This document shows, one piece after another, positions 46,018-58,387 of a stretch of DNA of 64,000 nt; positions within the stretch are counted from its first letter, which is position 1, and every line of letters begins with the position of its first letter. The notes under the pieces were generated by a model. That model searched no databases, was not told the DNA's origin, and saw only the letters and a list, made by a program, of their open reading frames with translations. The stretch spans positions 1,805,027 through 1,869,026 of the forward strand of contig CM082588.2 of assembly GCA_040954595.2 (NCBI GenBank), written 5' to 3'. A program made the translations under genes and the position numbers. The stretch comes from Balanoglossus misakiensis. Lineage: Eukaryota; Animalia; Hemichordata.

Positions 46018-49000
46018 CTAAAAGTTTTCTTTGTTGTAATGGAACTGCGCTCCGTTTTGTCCGATTGTGGAATACTCGTTGCATTTTTTATGTAGCACCG
46101 TTGACAGCACTTTTGGCCCGCAGAAAAATACACCAACTTGTTGCCTGTGGAATAAAGAGAAAAAAAATCATCGTCAGTTGATCAAATTAGTATTAGGCGT
46201 TAACAAGGAAAGAAGCTTGAGTTACTGGGGCTTTAATGTCTCGTACTTACCCTGGATTAGCAGTCGATATACTGGGAAAGATCACATCCCAGTTTGGTCT
46301 GCCGTAGTGAGTTTTCTGTTTCAATCCAGTGACGGCATCATCCTGATCACCCTCGTGTAGATATATATTCCTGGCCTGGATGGTAGAGTGTATGGATGAA
46401 AATCCAGTGATCAATATATATATTATAGTAATCTAGTACATACGATGTATGGTGGTCTGTATTCATTTACGATATAGTCAAACCTGCGTTAGTGACCACC
46501 TCTATGTAGAGGTCACTTTGTTACACTCCCTGTGCATTTACATGTGCGTTAATTGACCTGTCTATAAAGGCCAGTTTAGGAAAGTCCCTTGACTGGCTGC
46601 TATAGACCAATTTGACTGTATAAGTCTATAGGCGTTTCACGAATCCCATTGGATGTCGACTAACTTTCGAAATCAGAATACTGATCCAAATTGGCCAAGT
46701 CTGACGAGTTGATACTCCCCCTACCTGATTAGCATCCCAGCCTCGTGTCAAGTAGATGTTATAATCCAGAAAGTCCGCATTTCCCCTCTCAACCATTTCC
46801 TGTTCAAGGTGATGTAACAAATCGGTGAACCACTCGAAAGATTTCGTGTCCGGACAGATCCAGTAAAAATAAATTTTCTTGATTTTCATCTCTACGTCAT
46901 CGTGGGCGTGCTTGTACCTGTCGGGGTAGAAATTAAAGAGAAGTGTTGCCGTGGTGATGAAAATGCCAGTTGTACCTGGTTGCTAGCACCATCAATTCGA
47001 AATTATACCCAGTACTTCATTATCAGCTATCCATTCAGCCTTATTGTGATATTGGCTACCTACCAAATGGATTTCAACACTGATGCAAACGGAGTTGCTC
47101 CAATCCCAGCAGCGACACACACACCGACGTTGTATCGGAATATATCTGTACTTGATGTACCAAAGGGACCATCGACGCCAAGGCTGCAAGAAATATGGGC
47201 AAATCAATATAAAACACGACATTTTTACTCACTCGATGCAATGTATTGATGTAAGATAATGGGAAATGTGTCCAGTGTAAACCATCATTGAAATATTGTA
47301 TTAATATGCGGGCTTAACAGTTCCTATGTCTGTATTGAGGAGATGAAGTGACGAAAAACGTTGACGTACTTGGGCATTTTGGCCGCATCTTGAAACTCGT
47401 CCTTATCGAATCCACACGCCTTCGACAAATCGTTTGTCCAGTCGCCAGCCAGACGAATGTGAACGCTGAAATAGTCATCATCGGGCATCTGCAAGAAGAA
47501 ATGAGATTAAACAATTATGAACACTATTACTGAACCAATCAGGAACCAGTTCATCAGGCAGCCAACCAATCAAACATCCGATAACTCTCTTGGGTTGTGT
47601 CAACACCTCTATGTGTACATCAGGACAAAGGCAACCAAAGAAGTGGAAGTCTTAATCTCACACCCACCGAAGTTAGAGTAAAAGGATGCCATTCCAGCCT
47701 TGACACCTTTGGGCAATGTATGAAGATGTATTGGCCGGGTAACATGGAGAATCCTTTCCGTTTCATCCGAATTTCCATGACTTTGGAAGGATGTTTCACA
47801 ACCTGCAAAGTACAACGTAATTAAACAAATATGATAAGGCAAGCGAAATACAGCGTCCAAGATTCCCCCCAATAAGTAATGGTACAAAATGTTCGGTATT
47901 GGTAAGCGTATAATCTGCTGGCATGCTATATACCCGGCAAAACAGATGTAAATTTTAGTGGCACAATTACCTTCACAATACTGACAGTCTGGAAGCTTCT
48001 GTAAAGCCGAATGCTTCGTTCCACCAAGTACAGAAAGATTGGACCAGCACACCACATCCAGCTCTGCAACAGGTATGTGCTCAGTAAGCTTGACATGATT
48101 GAAATTATTTTGTACGTAACATTTAGTTACGCGGTCATCAACTACAGGTCGGTTAGCTTCTTTGCCAGATACAAACCGCACTTTTCCAAAAACGACTGAA
48201 GCGTTTTAGTCTGCGTAAATTCTGATACTTACGGCCGCAGGAGCACCTTTGAACTGTGGCTCCGGACAATCTCCTTCAGGTCCCCAAGTTTTGTTCCAGC
48301 ACTCATAGGGATTGTGTTCAGCCACGTTGGTCTGAGACCTCACGATGCCACTGTGGGGAAAAATGCAGCGTGTCGTCACAAAATATTGCAGTTGTCGCCG
48401 TTCAGTCACATACATTTCTACGTCATACTCATTCACCTGTGAAGATTTCAGTTTGTTGTTCAAAATTCTGACATGATACAACTCACCCGAGACCATGCAC
48501 CAGTAGCCCAGCAAAGAATATTACGAAGAGGTGGTGTGTAAACCAAAACACTTCGAAGTAGGATCGCCTGTAACGACAAAAACGTGGTTAGCCCATTCAG
48601 CATGCAAAACTACAGTGGATGGTGTTGTCCATCCCTACTTCAATCTCGTGTACAGAGAAACAGCGCCGGACTGAAAGGGTAATTGACGCCATTGTTTTTA
48701 AAGTTACAATGCCAAATTCATTTTGTAATGGTCTTAGGAAAATCATGGTAAAATATACAATAAGGATTAACAGCATTGAACTGAATAGTCAATAGAATTC
48801 CCAACTGTCAGAATGCGCCTTCACCTGATAGTTTCAGTAGCTGAGGTGACCATGACAACCAGCGCTACGGTGATAACCACGCCCGATATACCAGCAATCG
48901 TCACCACAGCCTCTCGAATTAAAGGTAACCCGAATGGCAAACCCTACAAGAGGCAGACATTGAAATAAAAAGAAAACATATTATACTTCCTGTTAAGGAT

Positions 49001-51506
49001 TCTTACTGGCACCGTGAAGTTGACTGGTTTCATTTTCAGATACATGTAGTGGCAAAATGTTCAATTAATGGTGCATAATTAAAACCTCTCACCTGATTGA
49101 CATCTCTGATTGGATTAACCCAGGAACCATTGGGCAGCGTTGGCAGACTGGTCAGTCGGAATGCCAGGGACTCTTCAGCGCTACTGTGTGCTTCAAAGTA
49201 TCCATTGAAGTTGAAATAGTGTGCGCCGACGTGTAACGCAGTATGCAAACATATCATGTAGGCCACTGCCTTGTGGAAGGCGATATTCTTGTCAAGTTGT
49301 CTTCTGAACACGTGGACACTTTTCTTGCAGCACTGCAAAATGAGAAGGGGTGGTCATCTAAGATGATACTGCTCCCGATCTAAAGTTACCTTAATATTGT
49401 AAAGGAAAAATGGATCACCATGTCTTACCGTGCAAGAGCCTCTGATGAACGATACGAGGTTTCTACATACGGGTAACAGAATCAGCATACAGTTGAAATT
49501 CAGGCACAACCCACTAGCTTTTGCCACGCTCACACCGGGCTGAAATTCAAACGAGAGAACAATGATTGTTCAGAAAGCTATGTGGTGTAAGGTAAACTTA
49601 CAACACAAAACCAATTCATGAAATCCAAATAATAACTTGTGATGGTAACGTCTACGTCTAGTCGTCATGATTCCATCCAGACGGAGTTTGAAAGACAAAA
49701 TACGGGTCTCTTGATTACCAATATCTGAAACTGGCGGCAATCGTGATGATAGTTATGGAAATAATTTCAACGATTTTCAAACAATACTCTTTATGATTAT
49801 CTTGGAATGTAATTCCACTCACCCCTGTTAGGAATTTAGTATAGTAGTACTGATCCCCATTATGGTAAACCAGGAAAGTATCCGTCCACAGGGCTATATT
49901 AAGTCCATACCATAAAAGCTGCAAAGTGAACGAAAAGTTGAATAGTTGAAGCAAAACTGTGCGATTCCGACAATATGCTTTCCAAAATATGCCTTAGCAT
50001 AGAAGACAATGGGTTTGGACTGAACCAGACAGCGACCATTTTCTAGCATTGTAAGCCGAAAACACAAGGTCTCCGACACGTTTTACGGCAGGTGGCATTT
50101 ATTCACCTTTCAGGCTAAACAGCGATTGGTTAACCAAACATGTACGCACGGGGACCGCAACAAATAGTGATCTAGCCTTGTCACTGATTGGTGATTGCGT
50201 GTGTTTGCAAAAGGCGTGCATGCAACAGGTGTAATGGCGTGACTGACTGACGGACTGAGCTTAGGATTTCAACGTCTGTTATTCAAGGGTCATCAGAACA
50301 CCATTTTCTCGAGTCTGGTCCCCTGACCCATATATACCCCCACCTTTCCGTAAGCACAGCGTAACAAGGAACCTTCCTTTCACGCGATAGAAATATTTGA
50401 AAATTTTCATAGTTTCAGCCATTGGCGATCCTTAGGCGTATCGAAGGAGCTCATCGGAAGACTGAACCCCATAGAAGGAATCGCTCGCTTGAATGTTAAA
50501 GATATCGATTTCTCTGTTTCTTTTAGGGAACGGCTGGTGGAATGAAAATTGGTGGAGCAAGTCTGATCCAAAGTTTAGGGTTGTTTCGTTGCTGCCATTA
50601 AATGAACACAACAATATCATCCAAGGGTCCAATAAAGCAAACTCTTCTATTTTCACAACCTTGGTATTCGTCTAATTGTTGGGTCTGTACATATAATGAC
50701 GTCATTTCACCAACACTGCGATCATGATGTGAGTGACGTCGCCTATGTTGACCTCGATACAAAACCATTTCATCATTATGTACAAAGCCCAAATCGTGTC
50801 AATGCACAGTGTTCGTGACAGACATCGTTCATTGATCCTTATCGGCCAATCCGACCGTGCTGCACGACACAGATCAATGATTCAGACCAATACTTGTCGC
50901 AATATCGCTTACAGACACGCCATTCTACCAGTGCCCCCGGAGGAAGGCTATTCACTTTAAAGGCACGCCCTCTTTATCAACTCCAACTGGAACCAAATCG
51001 ATTTACTTGAGAAAGATTTGACTGATCGAGAAATGAAGACTTCTTATTCCTAAACTTAACAGAACTAGGAACAAAATATATGCGACTGATACCATCACGG
51101 TCACTCCTCAGGGAGAACATTTTTCATACGAGGAGTCTTTTTGAAAGCAAGAATTAAAATACGTTGGTCACTTGTTTTCATAAAAATCACAATTATAAAT
51201 TTGCTCTTCAGATAATGATATTAAGATTATGAATTCCAAACACGGTCGTGTATTGACCTAGACTAGTATTGACCGTGTTCGAAATTTGAGACAGTTTCGC
51301 TCTCTCCTTCAAAGTTTTGGAAGGTGACCCCAGTTTCTATTCTCGATTTTTAAGAGAGAATAACCTAGTGTGTTTGTGTCACCCTGGGCGTCTTCACTTA
51401 TCTACGAAATAAGTTTCTAAAGCAAGATTCTGAAGTATTATACGGCTTTACTCACAAGTATGAGCCACTTGGGAACTTCATTGACAATCCAGCCAGTGTC
51501 GACCAT
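46018..51506 (-). CDS. NADPH oxidase catalytic subunit, NOX1/2/3 (gp91phox-like), copy A, ~14 exons; first exon 51506-51456
   Basis: [109 protein letters not shown]. No EF-hand region. Confidence 0.93.
46475..46618. mobile_element. Short MITE of Tc1/mariner-pogo type in a NOX copy A intron
   Basis: TA|tAGTCAAAcc ... aaTTTGACTG|TA: degenerate terminal inverted repeats flanked by TA on both sides, 144 bp, no coding capacity. Confidence 0.65.
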
Positions 51507-53047
51507 GGTTTACCCTGTATCTCAATCTCCGCGGTGGTCCGGGCGGCCCGTGGACAGTTTCGTTGTCACTCGACTAATACTTATCCAACACCCCTAACGT
51601 TCCAGACCGCACTTCCTTGAGCTGCAGAGGTTGCGTTTTTTACGAGAACAGCGTGAGACTGGGTCAGGACACTTCTGAGTTCTTCACTGTCAGCGGAACC
51701 ACAGCGTCCCACGCATCTCGGTACCCACCCACAGGTTCGAGTTCGCTTATGTAAGAGCCACCAGGCGCGGTGCTGAGCGCAGACACTGGCCGTACTGACT
51801 TAGCGAATACTATTCATAGTTTTTTTTTATTTGTGGTCCGCTTTGTCTTCTTTGCATTCAGGGAGACCACAACAACTGAAGTCAAAGGTCACAGTGACAC
51901 CCGGGCACTGCCCTTTTTGTTCGGACGAAAGTGATAAAAGTTATTGGACAAATATTTTTAAACCGAACGTCGACAGTTTTCGCTCATGTCCATTAACTAC
52001 GACAATACAACACAACACAATACTGTGACTGCAGGCTTTTTCCAAATAGCCGCGATCCTACGTTCATGATATTCCGACGGGGAAAACACGACCCGACGAA
52101 ATGACCGCACTACTTTTGCCCACCTGTTGGACGTGTTCGCGGATTGGCCAACAGTATTATGCTCAATCCAATCACACACAACCGTGCGCGACCATTACAG
52201 GTGAACCGTACAATCTGCATGGGGGATAAACTGCAGATATGATTCTCTGGCTTGAAACAGAGACATTAGAGCAAAGTTTTCTGTGCCAGGGCGACAACAG
52301 CGACGTGAAAACAAAAACAGTGGTCGAGGCACAAACTTTGAGGGGAATTTTTTCAGATATGGCGCGACATATGGACGCCACCTTCTCTTCCTAGTAGTAA
52401 TAAAGTGTCCGCTTTCAACAGTAATACTCTTATGATAAACTAGTATTATCAGTTCATATTCTAATTTTACATATAGAATATTATGCGCGCTCTCTCAGGA
52501 TCCTTTCATTCAAATTTTAGATAAAAACAAAGGAAATGTGTCCCTCACCGTTCAAGCGCCCCACCTCACTGTTGAAATTAATCAACGAACAAATAAACAA
52601 ACACGGAAGTGAGAACAGTGTGGGCGTTTCATTGTTATGAATGGCTGTGATCATGATATGATTCAGTTTACAACCTTGTAATGCGTGAGTATTGTGATTA
52701 TTTTAATGCCATAAATCGTACAATATCTGTCATTTTATAGTTGAGTTCGATCAGAAGATCCGGGTAAAACGCATCGGATTCCAAAGGTGGGAATCACTTA
52801 TTTAGGCCTACTGCTTTGTTCATTGTTGTGACTTGTGAAGTTGTGTACGATTTCCCCAATTAAACTCAATCAAATGCGTCTGTGTTGAATTTCCCTGGGG
52901 AGATTGTGTAAAAGCGAATGTAAATGTGCTGGTTACCTTTCAAAACGTGAACTCACTGTGTCCTCCAATCAGCAATATCATGTAATGCAAAGAATAAAAT
53001 ATGTTTACTTTTTGTCATTCTATATAAAAGTGTAGACGTCACTAGAC
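51507..53047. promoter_or_regulatory. Shared divergent upstream region of the two NOX genes
   Basis: 1.54 kb between divergent ATGs; imperfect kB-like sites (52342, 52849, 52887) and ETS-like GGAAGT sites (~51610 on the minus strand, ~52604). Confidence 0.5.
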
Positions 53048-56000
53048 ATGGGTGACTGGATTGTGAATGAAGGGCCTAAGTGGTTAATTTTGGTAAGTAA
53101 GGATTTTGCAGAAAACGTTACCATAGCAATTGTGTGATGTTTTGATTTTTCACAGCCACACCCAACATAAAGCACCATGGTTCGTGTTTGTGAACTAAAC
53201 CATACCGAGAATTACATTTTTTTCTCAGTGGGCGGTTAAACCAGCTGCAATCTGATACCGCCAACAAAACATGTTTTGTATACAATTGGGTAATATGATC
53301 TGGCATAATTTATTCTGTTTGTTCTATATTTAGTTAGTATGGTATGCAGTTAATATTGGTCTGTGGCTTGGCATATTTTTCAAATACCAGAACGGCATTG
53401 AATATTATTACACCAATGTGTTGACAGGGGTAAGTTGAGTTTCATACTTCAAGCCTTTCTTAATTAAAAGGATGTACTTGTACATGAATAATTCAATGAC
53501 AGGTGTGGCATTTGTCACCACAATGTCTTGGAGAATTTCAGACAAAAGTTTTTTAACTTTGTAATTTTCTTGAAACGTATTTTTTTCTTTGGTGGCAGCC
53601 TTCATTAGGTGTGGCCAGAGCCAGCGCAGCCTGCCTCAACCTTAACTGTATGTTAATACTGCTTCCAGTGTGTCGAAATCTGGTCTCCTATTTGAGAGGG
53701 TCATGTGGGGTAAGTAATGGGTCGTGTTTTCTGTTGGGGGGGGGGGGATATTTTGGCAGGATTCTGCGACTATGAATGATTTTCTAATTCTAGACATTGT
53801 TACAAAATTAAAAATGACCGTTTTTATTTTCTAGTGCTGCAGAAGGAGTGTCCGTCGACAACTGGACAAAAACATCACTTTTCACAAAGCTGTAGCCTAC
53901 ATGGTGTGCCTACACACAGCTCTACACGTGGGGGCACATTTCTTCAACTTTGACGGATTCATGAAAGCGTATTACACAGAAGAGGAGTCACTGGCCTCGA
54001 GACTCAGTAGTTTACCCACAAGTCCTGGTGGTACTTGGGTCAATCCAATCAGAAGTGTGGATGGGGTTAGTTTCATAAGCATTAGATTTGATTACATATT
54101 ACATCAAGGTAATAAAATTGTAATATTGTTATTTACCGGTATGGTCATTTTGTATTTTTTACCCTGCAGTCTATCCCATTTGGATTAGGTTTAGTCGAAG
54201 TGTGTTTCACCAAGATCGCTGGATGGACAGGCGCTATTATCACCATTGCACTTATTGTCATAGTTACATCATCTACAGAAACTATAAGGTAAGGCAATTC
54301 AGGACCAACAAGATGAAAATTCCCTCATAACTTTGATCACAGCTTCTATGTTAGAGTAGTTTCACAGTAACATATTCTCTTCTCTCAACAGGAGGTCATA
54401 CTTTGAAGTATTCTGGTACACTCATCATCTCTTCATAATATTCTTTGCATTTCTGCTATTCCACGGAATAGAGTAAGTACACTTGTATGCAGTTCAGGGA
54501 CATTTATATTGACAGGTGCCCTCTAGTGGCCAAAAAGTTTCCAACTTTCTTCTTTTGGTACATTAACTTGAATCATTTCAATAAATCCTCTTTCAGGGGT
54601 ATTGTGCGATTTCAAAGCAATGTCGGTGAGCATAATCCCCACGACTGTCATGATCAAGACTGGGGACCAAACCAGGAATGTCCTGAGCCACAGTTCAAAG
54701 GAAGTGCACCTACTGTAAGTTATGTTTTGTTCAAAATGTGATAAATATCCAAATAAAACAAAACAAGGATCTGACTGGTTGTTATTGTCGTTCTACAGAC
54801 TTGGATTTGGCTGCTGATTCCAATGATATTCTATTTCATCGAGCGATGCATTCGATTGGTCAGAAGCTTCCAGAAAGTCACAATCACCAAGGTAACGGAA
54901 CCCATCATTACATTTCCCACCCGCAGGGTCACCATATTTTATGTTTATACAGGACATGACAGAGTGACAACAGGAAGTCCATTACACTCAGTTTTTGCAC
55001 GATTTTGGCCTTTTTAACATTTCACAATAGAATACCTGTTTCTTTGAATTATCAGGTGATCAAGCATCCGTCCAGAGTTATTGAACTGCAGTTGAAGAAG
55101 AAAGGGTTCAGTATGTTACCTGGACAGTATGTGTTTATACAGTGTCCCAAGATTTCACGTCTGGAATGGCATCCGTTCACACTCACCTCGGTATGTCATA
55201 CACTGCACAGCTGATTTTCCAACTCCAGTAACACACTGCAGTCACAGCACTGAATACTGTCTGAAATTTCGTCATTGTACAGACAAGTATAAACAAGGCA
55301 CATGCTACTAAGAGGTCAAAGTTCAAATGGCATTTGATTTGCTTATATTCAGGCTCCTGAGGAGGACACTTTCAGTGTTCATGTGCGTATAGTTGGAGAC
55401 TGGACTGAAGCTTTATCCAAAGCATGTAAAGCAGACGAAATAGAATTCCAAGCACCATCCAAAATGCCCAGGTTTGTGATTGCCTGTCTATATGTATTTC
55501 AATTGGCCATTTATATGACCTTTACATCCTGGCACTTTCGCTTGTATGAGATGACCTCATACTATGCAAATGAATCTTAATTTTAATTTGCCTACAGTCT
55601 TGGCATAGATGGTCCCTTCGGTACATCAAGCACAGATATATTCCGATACAACGTTGGTGTGTGTGTCGCTGCTGGTATTGGAGCAACTCCATTTGCATCA
55701 GTGTTGAAATCTATTTGGTAGGTAGTCAACATTTGTACTTTCTTCTCATGTGCTCGGTCTCCATGTATGGCTGTATGTTTATCTTTATCAAATTTATCCT
55801 TCCTCTTCCAGGTATAAATACAACAACCCTGATGACGATTTGAAACTACAGAAAGTCTACTTCTATTGGATCTGTCCAGACACCAATGCATTTGAATGGT
55901 TTGCAGACTTGCTGCAACATCTTGAACATCAGATGGTGGAGCAAGGCAAACACAATTTCCTAGACTATAATATTTTTCTGACTCGAGGCTGGGATGCAAA

Positions 56001-56619
56001 TCAGGTGGGTACAACTGAAACCAACTGGCAAGCAACATTTGTTGCTCTGATAAGTGGCAAGAGTGACATGTGAGAACAACAGGCAACGTGTTCTTTGTAT
56101 ATTTGTGACTGAGAGTGTAGTGAGTCATCACTAAACTAATTTGTACACATCTTTGTATATATTTCTATTGAAGGCAAGGAATATTTATTTACATGAGGGT
56201 GATGAAGCTGATGTTGTCACAGGACTGAGACAGAAAACTCACTACGGCAGACCACAGTGGGATCAGATTTTCCCAAGCATAGCAGCTGCTCACCCTGGGT
56301 AAATAGTTTATACCACCCCTATTCTCTAATGGAGTCTTCCATTTCAGTCACATGACACAATGTCTGATTTGATGACCTTGCTGGTATTAAAGAACCAAAA
56401 CCTGGAATTACAGTAACCACAAAATGACTTCCTGAGATTTTTTTTCTAATAGAATCAACTGATGTATCATAATACTTGTTTTTATTTGCCAGGATCAACA
56501 TTGGAGTATTTTTCTGCGGTCCGAAGTCTCTATCCACTGTGCTACACAAGAAGTGCAATGAATTTTCGACAATTAAACAAGATGGTGCCAGATTTCATTA
56601 CAACAAAGAAAACTTTTAA
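53048..56619 (+). CDS. NADPH oxidase catalytic subunit, NOX1/2/3 (gp91phox-like), copy B, ~14 exons; first exon 53048-53092
   Basis: [112 protein letters not shown]. Confidence 0.95.
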
Positions 56620-58387
56620 GTGAAGATTTCCTGCAATATTATATTTTATGGGAAACACTGTATTTTAAAGGAAAGTGATGAGTTTTTGTACCCCACCAAG
56701 CATTACTATCACCACTGTACACTGAAAAACTTTTGAATTTAAAAAAAAAATAGTTTGTAGATGTCACTTTGTGCTAGAATTATTTTTTCTCTTTGAGCTT
56801 TAACATGACAGGGTTATGAGACATTCTTTTCAAGAGCAATATTTTGAATTTTTTGCAAGTACATATTCCAAGTGCCTCTTTCTAGGAAAATGTTGTACAG
56901 TATATACACAATGTATTTTTAACGATGAATAAAATAATGTGAATTTTTTTGGATATTGAGCAGTTTTTGTAAGATTTATATATCTTTAAAAATCACACAC
57001 AACGATGATATTGACACCCAGGCAATAGCAATGTTAAAATAGAGCATTCAATATCATAAGATTGGAAGCGATCAGAGCCATAACCGACGTTTTCTCCATT
57101 GTGAACACCCCTGGATATATTTACTGGTTCGTCCCTTAGCAGGAGCTTGGTGACGGACATGCATAGGCATGCATAGTGACCGTGCTGTACAGTGCTAGAG
57201 CGAGCGAGAGATCAGTTTGCTTACTACGAAGAAACGACATCGTATCAGTTGTGGTAAGTATTTTTGTACGACATGCACGTACACAGATAGGGCGGCTGCG
57301 TAATTCAGGTAGCTAGGGGCGTTGACAAGTGTAAACAAAACCATAGACACCTGATGCGTTGGCTGCCTGCATGTGCCATGGCATCTCTCCACAGTAATGT
57401 TGATCTCCACGGTACATCACCTCCCAGTCCCTGGGTGTGGTAGTGGGCTATTTTTTTAATAGAGTGCATGTCAGTACAGGGGTCACCACACCCCCCCCCC
57501 CCCTCGACGGTCAGATGGCCGTCGTTGCTAGCTACGATAGCTGTCTTCATACATGTACAGTGTAGCTGTATATGTCGATTACGGGATCGATTTCATTTGT
57601 ATTATGGTGTTCGGACGTTGTTTTTCATTCTTGTGCTCAATGAAAACAAAAGCAACAAAAGAAACGTTTTTCTATGCTCTAGACAGTGCACTTTATAATT
57701 AAGCAGCTACATGTACTAGTAAACGGTGAACGACAGTTTGAGGATTGTAAATCATTTTGCCTTCCTTTAGTGTGGCCTGTTTCACACTTTTAAAAACGGT
57801 TGTCTATTTTACATTGCTCACAATTATCTTTTATTATTCAACCTCTGCTATTGTCCGGAGAGGTTGCAATTGTTCTCCAGATTAGTTTCCACGGAAGACA
57901 AAACACTGCTGACCATAATCGAAAATCACAAAGGCAATTATACAACGTGTGACCCAGAAAAAGTCATAAAATCCTATAAATAAATTCCTAGTCATTGAAC
58001 ACGCTGACAAAGTTAGTCGTGCAGAGCGCGTAAAGTCTTGCCATGGAAGTCTCTTAGTATTTCCATGGTCTTGCAGCTACAAGTTTTCCATTTTGGTAGA
58101 ACAATTGAACTAGTGAGAAGATAAATAAATAAAATAAAGACAATAAAACAAAGCCACTTTTTATGCATGCATGCTTGCCTGAACTACCTTGGGAACTACC
58201 CTATCAGAAATTTCTGGGGACACAGTGCAAACACTGTGGCGACCTGCTTATATTGACAGACTTTATTTCTTGCTTAGGCACCAAAAGATTTAGCTACCAA
58301 AAGGACCTGCAATTCAACGTTAATAGGCCTTTACGCGCAACTCTACTTGAAATACTCTCATCAAACCGAGGAAAAAATACCAGGACA

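Noticed and set aside
51100-51400. Possible transposon remnant with a small hairpin (aacacggtc..gaccgtgtt)
   Set aside because: No second copy, terminal repeats or target duplication could be established within the window
46018-56619. NOX pair as an assembly or haplotype artefact
   Set aside because: Proteins differ substantially and introns do not align, so these are true paralogs
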